From positions 1 to 64,000 of the forward strand of contig NW_026854547.1 in NCBI RefSeq assembly GCF_026571515.1: a DNA stretch of 64,000 nt, in the 5' to 3' direction. The notes below the pieces were generated by a model, which saw only the letters and a program-made list of their open reading frames with translations, was not told the DNA's origin and did not search any database. The position numbers and the translations under genes are program-made. This document shows, piece by piece, positions 52,610 to 64,000 of this stretch; the first letter of the stretch is position 1, and every line of letters starts with the position of its first letter. The DNA is from Ruditapes philippinarum (taxonomy: Eukaryota).

Positions 52610-53133
52610 TTAATGAAAAAAATAAAAAATTCTACAAAACAACAATTTTTCTTCAATTTATATGTTAGGCCATGTTTAAACATGGAAAAACGCGATTTTG
52701 GGTAATTTCAGGAATGTTTAAACATGAAAAAACGCGATTTTGGGTAATTTCAGGTATTTTCATCATTTTTTGTTAAAATCTCTTGATGCATGAGAGTTTT
52801 GGGCTGGACAATATTTCCTAAAAATGCTAAATTAAATCAGAACTTCAAATCACAACCTTGTTTAAGAAAAAGTCAATCAGCTCAGTATTGAAAAACATTT
52901 TAGAATCTATACTCACTGTAATATAAACCTATCAAAGAAAATCAGTTCACAGCATCTAATTGATTAAATGCATGGCTGGAAATCAAAATGTTTAATAACT
53001 GTAGTAGTGAATCTTGTAAGTTTTGTTTTAGTTTTAAGCCTAACTGATCTCTCAACTACACCTTACCACCTGCAACTGGTCTGTAACTGTCTTTTTCTTT
53101 TAAGACATTGTAAATGTCATGTTTTAGCGGGTG

Positions 53134-53420
53134 CTTTATCACTGGCGTTTCATCCCTGGTGTTTCATCACTGGTGTTTCATCACTTCTGTTATCACTGGT
53201 TTTTATCACTGGCGTTTTATTGTGACATTTCATCACTAGTGTTTCATCACAAGTGTTATCACTAATGTTTATCACTGGTGTTTCATCACTGGTGATTCAT
53301 CACTAGTGTTTTATCATTAGTGTTTTATCATGGTGTGTTTTATCACCGGTGTTTTATCACTAGTGTTTTATAATGGCGTTTATCATTGTTGTTTCATTAC
53401 TGGTGTTTTATCTTGGTGTG
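53134..53420. repeat. 14-bp minisatellite (ACTGGTGTTTTATC) at the POP5 stop codon / 3' UTR
   Basis: About 20 degenerate units. Confidence 0.85.
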
Positions 53421-56400
53421 TCTGATTTTTCTCTTCTCTCCCAAGTACACATTACTCTTGTACTTGTCTTGCAACTTTCAACTATTGCTGCTTGAACTTT
53501 TTTCTTTTCATCTGCAATTAGATCATAAATTTATACATTTTTTCCACATTCTCATTTAGCATATCCTAATTTAGCATATTTGTTTCCCTTTCAATATTTT
53601 TAACAAGGATAAATTTTCATGTGTCTTTTTCTTATCAAACATTAAAATTTATATTATGAAACTTTCATGTCTTTTAACATTAACTTAAAACCTATTCTGG
53701 ATACAATTTTTTTATCTAAGCCCTGGGTCAAGTACTTTCTCTTTATAGATTTATTTTTAGCTCTCATGACATAGAAACACTTAGATAAAAGCAATTAGAA
53801 TAACATGCTACTGTCTTTTGATATCAAAATTTATCAGGTAAGGCAGATATCTGCTTGCCAAGGATCATTGTTGCTAAGTTTAATCAAAGTATTTTGAAAA
53901 AATTAAATGGAAATTGTTATAAACAACAAACTAGTAACAGCTGTACATGATTATCATTATACAAAGTTCACCTTTGACCACTATGTGCTTAAATATGTTT
54001 CAAATTAGCACAAGAAATGATGAATATTTAGTGTAACCATGCTAAAATTATGAAATGAACAGACCCTGATTTAAATACAGACTTGTCTATTACCAATATA
54101 ACGGATTTCATGATTAAAATGTCCAAATTGAGCTACTATCAGTATATATATTCTACACTAGAGGCACAGGTATGTTAGTTTTGTCTCAAATATTTAGAAA
54201 ATCAAATACCTTCAGTTTTACACTCCATCAAAAGTTGTGGTAGACGAGATCTGTGATACCTGATCAAAAACTTCAGACACGATCTTATTGTTCCTGAAAT
54301 ATATCAAATATATTGAATATATCAAATTATGAAATGTAACCAGAGATGGTTAAGAATAAGGTTAAACAAAGATATATGAGCCGTACCATGACAAAACCAA
54401 CATAAGAGAAACTGATAGCGAACAGCATAGATCCTGATCAGATTGCGCAGATGCACAGGCTGGTCTGGATCCATGCTGGCCGCAAATGCATTATGTTGGT
54501 TTTGTCATGGTGCGGCCCACATATTTAATAAGTACATTTTATACAATGTATCCAAATCAATAACCAGACAAAAGCATCATGTTCAACATTGCTAAGGTGA
54601 AAGATTGGAAGTTAAGACATTCTGGATATATAATTAGAAAACATTAGAAGAAACATTATTTTTACAGACAAAAACATTTTGAAGCCTTCGAAAGTGACAA
54701 ATTCACTTGCTTTGTCAGAAATTGATAGACAAATATAATGTTCCTGACAAAGTAAACTCATCTATCAAGGAGGAAAAATTTACTTTACACAGACATAATT
54801 TTTTTAAATTGGGTTTTACGTCGTGCCAACACAGTATAGGTCATATGGCAACTTTCCCGCTTTACTGACCTCAGGTACCCCTATGTACAATCAGTACATT
54901 ATTTAAAGCAGAAATGGGCACCTAAGAAGAAACACCGATGTTCTGTAAGCTAGCTGGATAGCTTTCTCATGTGTAGAATCTGACGATGCTTGAACAGCTT
55001 AAACCTACATCAGTGAGAGGAAAGTGGTTTGAAGTCAAAGACCTTATACACTCACAGACGCCCCTCACAAATATGATAAAGCATGTTCACAATGCATGTA
55101 GAAGACAAACTGCACCTGATGGATACACATACAAAGTATATTTGCCATAAAAAGCAACAAAAATTTTAAAAGTTATATACTTTTTTTCCAAAAGAGTACT
55201 GATATGTCAATTTTACCTCCAACATGTATGGTCTGTAGGAAAGCCTCTTCTGTATTTATCTTCTTAACATATGTGATAGCAGACTGTACAATCTTTAACA
55301 AATCTCTCTGGCATCTGATCAGTACCACACCAGTGTTCCCATCAATGTATCGCACTGAAATTTTGTAAAAAGTTTTGAAAAAGTGAAATTTTACTTACAG
55401 CTGCATGCCTCAAGATGAGCCAAAATATTTCATGAAAGTCAAACTTGAGAAAAATGTTCTTAGATTTTAAGAAAACCAAAAAGATTTAAGGTTCAAGTCA
55501 GAATTTACTTGTTATGTGTTATATATGACTGATTATATTGACTAAAACGGTAAGGGCTACTTGTATTTTTTACATATTTGACCTCTTTTTTGTAAGATAT
55601 ATGGACTGTGAGTGCTGTTTGCAATGTGTCGATTACTTTCTTTGTTCACTTTACAAGATTTTACATCAAAATCTGCACGAAAATTGGCATTATTCTGGAG
55701 GCATGCTGTTTTTACAACAAAATTAATGTTGAATAACACTGTAAAAGTGCCAGTTAAACGATGTGTAAGTTCATTGAAAATGCTTCACTGATGTAATACA
55801 TGTACTATCATGTATACTACAAGGTATTCCACAGACTTGGACAAAATGCATTGCAATTTATTATCCTAGCAAGAAACGCAGCAGTGTGAGGAAACCATGT
55901 TTTCAACGTTCATGTTTTACAGAAGCTTTATCATCCCTGGTGCATATTGTCAGCATTTTGCAATGCAAACATTTTTGGGGAATTATGGCTATTTGATATT
56001 TTTGGACACTGATGACAAAGCTTCTGTGAAAGTTTAGTCTCAGAAATGTAGTAGGAGTTGAGAACAGAAGTGTATTTTACTGTTTTTGGTTTTATTTCTA
56101 AATCATAAAACACTGACAACATGCACCAGGACATTTGATGTAAAAGTTAAGTCAAAATCAATTGTAAAATGTACTAGAAATTTAGAACAGAAGTGTATTT
56201 CACTGTTTTTTCAAGATACATGTAAAACAAATGGCCAAAATTTTGCAAAAATGTTTGAATCACAAAACACTGAAAATATGCACCAGGACACTTGATGACA
56301 AAGCTTCTGTGGAAGTTAAGTCAAAAATGCTTGAGAAATATAATAAGTTGAGACCAGTGAAGTGTATTTGATATAAAAACAGGTCCAGAAATATGGTGAA

Positions 56401-59400
56401 ATTACTGAAAAGACATGTGCCTGATGAACAAGATCAGTTGATCAATTAAACGCAATAAACCTCTTGTTCAGTTTATATTAATCAAATAGTATCAGTAAAT
56501 ATTAAATATAGTACAGCTGCCATGCAACAGACCTACCTCCAAAACTTGGTACATTCCTCAATGCAGCCAAAGCATAGTCACCATGTAATGCACCGATTTC
56601 ATTTTTAACTTTAGTATAAATATCGTTTTCATTGATTTTACATGTCTTTCTATTGCCAGTAAAAATCACCTTGCAGAGAATGTATCTGAAATATTGAAGC
56701 AAAAATATAGTTGGTTAGCCTCATGTACATGAAAATAAAATAATACAATAACTATGTGAAAATTGATTTGATCTTATGCTATTTAACCCTTTCCCCCATG
56801 AGCATATTGTGAAAAATGGCCGTTTTCACTGAAAAGCCTCCTGTTATAAGTTCAAACTGCTATGAAACTATGAAAAATGCTTCAATACTAATCAAACTTG
56901 GCACAAATGTTGACTGGACCATTGCCTTTGTAACGACATGCTCAGTCTTAAATTTCCTGTTACCATGGCAACGAGGGGACATCTCAAAATTGCCAAAAAT
57001 CACTATTTTGCCTCGATTTTTTCCATCAAAATTTATTTCAAAGTGCTGCAACTGCTCAAGGGATTGAGATAGAGTCAAAGGCTTTTCAGTGTTGGTTAAA
57101 CGTTACATTATGATCGACCTGGGGTCATTTTTAGCCTCTCACAAGTCCAAAATTTTCTTGGCGATGACGGGGGACTCCGCCCCCTTTCAAACCCCCCTAA
57201 CAGAAGGGGGCACATCCCCCTTCTGGTAACCCCCTGATGTATCTTTTGGATGGGGGCGGCGCCGAAAAAGTGCTCACTTTTTTAAGCAACATTTCTCAAA
57301 CGAAAACTTATGTTTTGGGCCCAAATAGGACATTTTTTCACTATTTGAGGCCTAAAAAGGGGGGGGGGGGGGTCGAAAGTGCGTTGTTTCGCGTATATAT
57401 GTGGTAAAGGGTTAACAGATTCCTATAAATTTTACATATTTTACGGACATATGCATTTTAACTGATCATCATATAATACTTTAAAACCGGGTATGTTTGC
57501 AAACATTAAAATAAGTTAGTACAAATTGACTTTTTTCTAAACAACAAGAACAAGATTGCTTTATCAATTCTGTTCACTTATTTAAACAAAGAAAATATTT
57601 CTTAAACAAAGTTATTCTACAAAAGTTCTATATTCCCCCTTTTTTAAATTTAAGGCATCATTATAATAATGAATATTGTAACAGCTACATGTGCTTTACC
57701 ATTTAAACAATTACTGTTAACCCTTTACCTCATATATACGCGAAACAACGCACTTTCGACCCCCCCCCCCCTTCTTTAGGCCTGAAATAGTGAAAAAATG
57801 TCCTATTTGGGCCGGAAACACATGTTTTCATTTGAGAGATGTTGCTTAAAACAGTGAGCACTTTTTCGGCGCTGCCCCCCATCCAAAAGATACATCAGGG
57901 GGTTGGCAGAAGGGGGTTTGAAGGGGGGCGGAGTCCCTCTCATCGCCAAGAAAATTTTGGACTTGTGAGAGACCCCAGGTCGATCATAAGGGAACGTGTA
58001 ACCAACGCTGAAAAGCCTTTGACTCTATCTCAATCCCTTGTGAAGTTGCAGCACTGGAAAAAATCGAGGCAACATAGTGATTTTTGGCAATTTTGAGATG
58101 TCCCCTCGTTGCCATGGTAACAGGAAATTTAAGACTGAACATGTTGTTACAAAGGCAATGGTCCAGTCAACATTTGTGCCAAGTTTGATTAGTATTGAAG
58201 CATTTTTCATAGTTTCATAGCAGTTTGAACTTGTAAGAGGAGGCTTTTCAGTGAAAATGGCCATTTTTCACAATACGTTCATTGGGGACTAGTTAAATGG
58301 TAGTACACAATAATTATATTAAATAATTAATAATATTATACCACTTAAAGGATAAATATCAGGCATGATAATTTAATTATAATTTATCAAGAGACATGAG
58401 TTTCTACATTTATTTAATAGCAAACAGAACATGTATATTGTTTTTAGAAATATCTCTTTCATATAGTTTTATAATTTGTGCGGCAACTTGCCATGCATTT
58501 ATAATAGACAAAATTAAGAAACTTTTCAGTTGATATATAAAGCATATTGTCGAATTTCAAGTTTAGGGAATTTTCTAGTAACCCACCACCTTAGTACCCA
58601 CTGCAGTTGCCATACTCTCTACCCTACAGCCGGTTCAGTGCAGCTAGCATAAAACACTCTAGGTGTCCAGCCCCCCATTTTTATAATTTTTCAATATTCT
58701 AATCTTCTTTTATCCTCTTTTAAATAACACTTTTTAACTTTCTAGCGATTTAAACTCGCAAATACATGTAAGTCTACGTCCCCGCAAGATTTTATTAAGA
58801 TTGGTCATGTGAAAACCTCAGACCAATGAAAATACTCCATACCAAAATAAAGGGGAACAATCTGGGGCACCAGTTACTTTCATTATTTGACATATTGGAA
58901 AAAAGCTTTGTTATAGTAACTTTCATATTATGATTTGATTGAACAATTATTACAAATAATTATTTAATTCTATCATATTTAAATGCACAAAGTCAATACA
59001 AAATATTTAAAAACTATTCATTCAGTCTGGTCATTTTCACAAAAACCCTGTGGTCACATCTCTCTTGATGTACACTTGCGTTGACTTTAAAGATTACATA
59101 TCTACTTATTACTTGTAATTATTTTGATAGCAGCTGTATTTTCTTTAAGAGTAATCAATTCCTGACCATTTGGTACCAAGATTTAGAAAATTGGTGAAAA
59201 AATTGTTGAATTAAGATGAGTACAATGTAAGAGTGCTGAAAAATGAGCAGCGAGTTGCATATATACCTTTTCTAAAATATATAGTACAGTATCAGTTGGT
59301 TTTTTTTTAAGCTGGAAATGAAGGAAATTGAACTAAAAGCATATTTCAAATATCTAAACAAATTCCAAATTAAAAATACTGCAGTTAACATTGTATGGGA

Positions 59401-61615
59401 CAGATAGGAGGGTGGTAGAGTGGGTAAGGGGAGGGGAGTGACCAATTATCACAGCACAGAACAGTTACACCTGTGATATTATTAAACACTCAGCTAAAGA
59501 ATTTTCAGCGAACAGGTTTTATAGTACTGCTAGACCTGTTCGCTGAAGCCAATCCTGTATCGAAAGTCAACCAGAACTGTGACATATTTATGTCATGCTG
59601 TAATTCAATAAATTTGCTTGATCTGGACAAAAGCTATTTTAACACAGGTAGTTAGATATATTTGGGACACTTCAGTCTATATTTTTGAACACAGAACATT
59701 AAAATGATGAAATAATGCTTCAAAGTTTATCAGTGGGTTCACATTTCATAAAATTCGCCGCCATTGCTGCGACTAGCGAGAATTTAGGTTCGGATACCTT
59801 TGCATGACATTTGGTGACACGTGACCAAAATGCTATTTTTAATTGAAAACATGGCTTTTGCAATTATGAATAACGGTGTATTTATTCAATAACAGACATT
59901 GTACGAAAAACATGTTGGATTTATATTGTTTTGAGTGATGATTCATAAATTATGTGTTTGTTTTTATTTAAAATCGTACACTTACTAAAAATAGTGTATG
60001 CTCCGTTACTAAAAATAGATGCTAGAATTCCCAAAACTTGAAGTCCCGCGAGATTTCATTTGAAAGCAGGCTCCATATTGGTAAACATTCTCTACATATT
60101 TCCCTGTTACACGATGTCATTGAAGTTTCATTTAAAAACAAAACATGAATTGATTCAAAATTGATTTGTTTATCAAAAGGTATTTTTATTTGACCCAAAT
60201 TTGATTAATAAATGTGATTTTAAGAGGTTTTTATGGATTGCTCACGAACTGCCAAAATTCTGGTAGCCTTTGCAAATAGGGTTGACCCATAACTTTACTG
60301 TCGCACAACGTCAAAATAAAAGCGACATATAAAGTTATGGAAGCCAGAACTATTAAACACTTTGAATGACATACCTTACATAATCATGATCTAACAACAG
60401 AATTGAGATAGAAACCATTTACGTGAAGAAATAAATGATGCTGTACTTCAGTAAATGTCAGTTTGTTTATCTGTTTCATCATAAAAAAGTGGGGCGAATC
60501 GTGAGATTTCGAGACGTTTCGGCCCCAAGACGTATCGGCCCCAAATTACCCAAGACGTTTCGGCCCTTTACCAAATCGGCCCCAGAATAATTACTGTGTT
60601 TTAAACCGGTATATTAAAAACTCATAGTTATAATAATCATAAATGACAATTTTCATAAAGTGGAACGCCAATTTCCAAATACCTTGACTTTATATTACAA
60701 CCATATATGAAAGAATTATGATACCTCTTATATATTTTACGTAAGATTAAATCTTAACCAAAACCATCAAAGTTTAGATACTTGTTGCATTTAATGTTAA
60801 CTTCATTGTTTATAAATATCTCACAATGAATTTCATTGTTTATAAATATCTCACAATGAATAGCTACTCGTAATTACTTCCTTGATATTGAAAAATCTAA
60901 CACATTTAATTATCAGGTAAGGAAAGTTAGTTGTTCATGCACGTGAAAATCGAAACATTCGGTCATGTAATTTTACAATGAAAAGAAAACAGAAGCCATA
61001 TTATCTATAATTATTTTGTCACTGTCAACATTGTTTGATTTAACTAATTAATAAATTGATATGATTTATACTTTACACCGTCATTTAAAAAAAATATCGA
61101 TTCCTATAATAACATGTGTTACAACTATTTTAGTTTTTTTAAAAACATTACACTGATCTTTCTTTTGAATTGGTGTATAATCTGGTTAATCAATCATTAA
61201 ATCAGTATATAATTATAGGTGTAATAGGTGCAATATATTAATTTTTGGGAAATCCTTTTTTAAATTTTTTAAAGAATTAAAGTGTCATAATTGTTTAATT
61301 GTAATTAAATTAATTGTTGTTAAACAATTAAGCAATGTACTATATAGTAGGGCCGAAACGTCTTGTGGAAAAGGGCCGAAACGTCCAGGGGCCGATTTTT
61401 CCACTGGGGCCGATTTGGTTTGGGGCCGAAACGTCCTGTTTGCAATCGTGATTGGGGCGAATGTTGTAACACTATCACCAGTTAATTGTAATTTTAAAAC
61501 TGCAATGCTTCGGTGAAAAAAAACAACAACAATTAGCCAAGATTTTTTAAACAACATATAACAGTTAATCATTTATATAAATATTCGGTTGTTACCTGCA
61601 CTTATACCGCACCAT
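53408..61615 (-). CDS. POP5: Ribonuclease P/MRP protein subunit POP5 (5 exons, 164 aa)
   Basis: Exons 61615-61596 (MVRYKCR), 56685-56537 (YILCKV...[12 protein letters not shown]), 55354-55217 ([15 protein letters not shown]...FLQTIHVG), 54293-54210 ([13 protein letters not shown]...) and 53511-53408. GT-AG, in frame, 495 nt. Matches the POP5 motifs MVRxKxRY and HVGGTIRxC. Confidence 0.93.
54374..54524. mobile_element. Short palindromic MITE
   Basis: GAGCCGTACCATGACAAAACCAACATAA / TTATGTTGGTTTTGTCATGGTGCGGCCC. Confidence 0.8.
54808..55065 (-). mobile_element. Degenerate MetaSINE-like SINE
   Basis: Reverse complement of the ATATGACCTATACTGTGTTGGCACGACGTAAAACCCAA tail, with a decayed tRNA head near 55000-55065. 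Confidence 0.65.
55990..56372. repeat. Degenerate tandem repeat (~3 units) in POP5 intron 2
   Basis: Recurrent GGACAC(T)TGATG, GAAGTGTATTT and AAAACACTGA..ATGCACCAGGACA. Confidence 0.6.
56787..57411 (-). mobile_element. piggyBac-like MITE, copy B
   Basis: TTAA|CCCTTTCCCC ... GGTAAAGGG|TTAA. Reverse complement of copies A and C. Confidence 0.9.
57721..58292 (+). mobile_element. piggyBac-like MITE, copy C
   Basis: TTAA|CCCTTTACC ... GGGGACTAG|TTAA. Confidence 0.9.
60505..61443. mobile_element. MITE with arrays of GACGTTTCGGCCCC subterminal repeats
   Basis: 4 copies on the left and 5 inverted copies on the right. Flanking direct repeat AATCGTGA at 60497-60504 and 61444-61451. Confidence 0.8.
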
Positions 61616-62268
61616 TTCTAACTTATTTGTTGATGCACGTTTTCAAGAAAACATCCAAACTGAAAGTAGGGCCACTTACATCAAAGGAGGTACAACTCAA
61701 CTTAACTTTTTACTTGAACGAAGATAAAGATCAAATATCATTGACAACTTAAAATGTATGTTACAATGATGATTTCCATCACAAATATAAACTTGTATTT
61801 TATTTTTAAAGAAAATTACTGAACTGCTGTTACAATATTTCTTTGATATAAACAATATTATAAAGTTCAAGGTCACTAACCACTACCAAAAGCAAAATAG
61901 TGGAAATGGCACTGGCCCATCAGGTATAAAAGATCATGAAACAGTTATCCATATTTACCCCCCTTTTATCCCTTGTAAAACCTATGTCATGCATTTTCCC
62001 TCAAAAATACCCCTAAACTTTAGAACCCCTTCCCAAGGTTTAGACGGTTCACCCCCCTGACATTTCACCCCAAAGTCATTTTTTGGAGGCACTTCACTCC
62101 CCAAACACTTGACCAAGCTTTTATGAAATCTGACTGACACAAATTACAGTCCAGTTCGGCCTGATGTCAAGATCACATTTTCTTTCTTTATTTCATATTT
62201 TTTAAATGTTGCATCTTCTATTGCCTTTAGCTGCAAGTGACTCGATGGGCGACATGTACATTAGGGAT

Positions 62269-63118
62269 TAGGGCTGTCATTGATAGAAATTTTTGTATCG
62301 ATATAAAGAAGGGTAAATATCGATGATACAAATTTGGATATGGGAACAAATTTGGATATGCAAACACACTGGAATAAATTATTCAAAATGTCTAGTTTTG
62401 TTTGTTACACATGTATGCATGGTTTTAAAAAAATATACAGTAAAACCAGATGAAACCCTCTTGTTATTTATAATCCTGAAAAAATTTTACAACTAAGAAT
62501 TATTTATAACTCACGGGAACTGAACTCACCGTCTGTCAGACACAGACCCATGTTTTCTGACGTTTCTGTCAATATGTGACCTTATATTTGTGGTATTGCC
62601 TCTGTATGGCATAATTAGATGGCAAACTTTACAAAGTAATTTCAACTCCAAATTTTTCCCATAAATCGCTCTTTTTTTAACCTTTTCAAACAAACTCGGC
62701 AATTTCTGACGTACATGTAGCTGCCATGTTGCTGTGCAAAGTTCAAAGCCTGCTGATTATTAATTATCATTGTCGTCTACAGATTTAGGACTCTAAATTT
62801 ATCGCACCATACATGCCATTTATTGCCAGAATTTTCAATTTCTAAATTTGGTAATTTTTGACCTGATGTCATTAGATTTGACGCATTAGCTAACAATGTA
62901 AACATTAATGGCTGCTGTTTTGCTTTAGGTTGGAGATTAAAATTTCAATTGCAAATGACAAACTTGGAATTTAATTTGAAATGTTCTTATATTTTATTCA
63001 TTGCTATTTGACACTTAATTCTGTTGGAATGATTAAATCGATTTTCAAAATTTTGCATCGATATCGACCCTTGAGAATCGGTGATACATCAATATCGCGA
63101 TTTCTGATGACGGCCCTA
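62269..63118. mobile_element. hAT-like MITE inserted in a HINE-like repeat
   Basis: TIRs TAGGGCTGTCAT / ATGACGGCCCTA, 8-bp TSD TTAGGGAT / GTAGGGAT (1 mismatch), and ATCGAT subterminal motifs. Confidence 0.8.
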
Positions 63119-63870
63119 GTAGGGATCACTTCTACATTGTCTGTCACAAAACTTATCTGGAATACTCCTCAAAAACTACTGGTGCAATTCATCCAAACTA
63201 CCAGAATATTCAGTACAATGTCAGGTTATGCATATCATCAGCATTTTTTGGTTCAATGATTTTTGTCATAGTTATGGGCTTTTAATAATTTTTATTTTTA
63301 AAGTTTGTCCGGACTAGTCCTCTTATACCACTAATGCAATTTCTATAAAACTTTACAGGATTGATTCATCATTGGTAGCTTACCGGTAAATACTTACGCA
63401 CATTCCACAGGTTTTCCACTTGAATGATTTTTGGCTGAGTTATGGTCCTTGAATAAACAGTTTTTGTTTTTTGTGTTGCCAGCCATACAGAAGCTTGTCA
63501 GGACTACTTCTAAGAAACTGCTGGTGCAATTTCATCCATACTTTACAGGAATGATCAGTACTATGTCTAGTTGTTCATATTATTGGTATTTTAAGGTTCA
63601 ATGGTTTTGTCAGAGTTATGGCCCTTGAATGATTTTTAAAAAAAAATTTAGGACCTCTGCTCTTATAATACAAATGAAATTTTACAGAATTGATAGGTGC
63701 CCCAAGTACCTGCATAAGTTATATTAAATGGGTTTTAAGGTTGAATAATTTGAGTTATAGCCCTTGAATAAAAAATGTGTTTTGCCATGTTAATGATTTT
63801 TGTGTTTCCTGCTACACAGTAGCTGAAAAATGTGAATGGCTATCATGAGGCAACACATGAGCTCTTGTTC
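63119..63870 (+). mobile_element. HINE-like element with ~160-bp internal repeats (5' part at ~62225-62268)
   Basis: Repeated AGTTATGG(C)CCTTGAAT / GGTGCAATT units and an end GAGCTCTTGTT. Confidence 0.6.
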
Positions 63871-64000
63871 TTATGGCAGATGTCTTTTGTATCTGGTAGG
63901 AACATAAATTGAGAAATCCTCTGCCTTTGGAAGGATTTAGGGATCAGTTTAGTCAAGGTCACCAGTATTAAAACTAGATTTATACACTTTTGCCAATACA

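Noticed and set aside
56415-56470. Possible hammerhead ribozyme (CTGATGA plus small stem); also CTGATGA at ~42804 and ~63104
   Set aside because: The required GAAA and stems I/III are missing. The 63104 instance is part of a MITE TIR.
52323-58264. Repeated ~80-aa ORFs (MAVFTEKPP...) suggesting a small gene family
   Set aside because: They are open frames within three copies of the same TTAA-flanked MITE.
59720-59764. ATGGCGGCG as the start of POP5 or another gene
   Set aside because: It stops after 14 codons. The true POP5 exon 1 (MVRYKCR) is at 61615-61596.

Overview
AT-rich, intron-rich eukaryotic DNA, most likely a bivalve mollusc judging from the C1qDC gene type, the Meta/V-SINE-like elements and the Helentron-like repeat elements. 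The core is a tandem array of four same-strand sorbitol dehydrogenase (SORD)-like zinc MDR genes. Copy 1 is only the 3' end. Copies 2-4 are complete 9-exon, 350-aa genes. An orphan exon-1 remnant of a fifth copy is also present. Copies 2-4 keep the catalytic and structural zinc ligands but have a remodelled substrate pocket, and none of the four has the FRY motif. Copy 1 lacks the NAD-selecting Asp, which suggests an NADP(H) enzyme. A secreted coiled-coil C1q-domain gene lies antisense between copies 3 and 4. Its 9.7-kb intron holds a 23-bp satellite interrupted by a Harbinger-like transposon, which in turn contains an unclassified 5-bp-TSD element. A 5-exon POP5 (RNase P/MRP subunit) gene lies on the minus strand at the right end. 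The rest is an RTE-X-like LINE, a dead mariner, SINEs and many MITEs. Three stretches look like low-quality consensus. All calls are by eye, without database searches.
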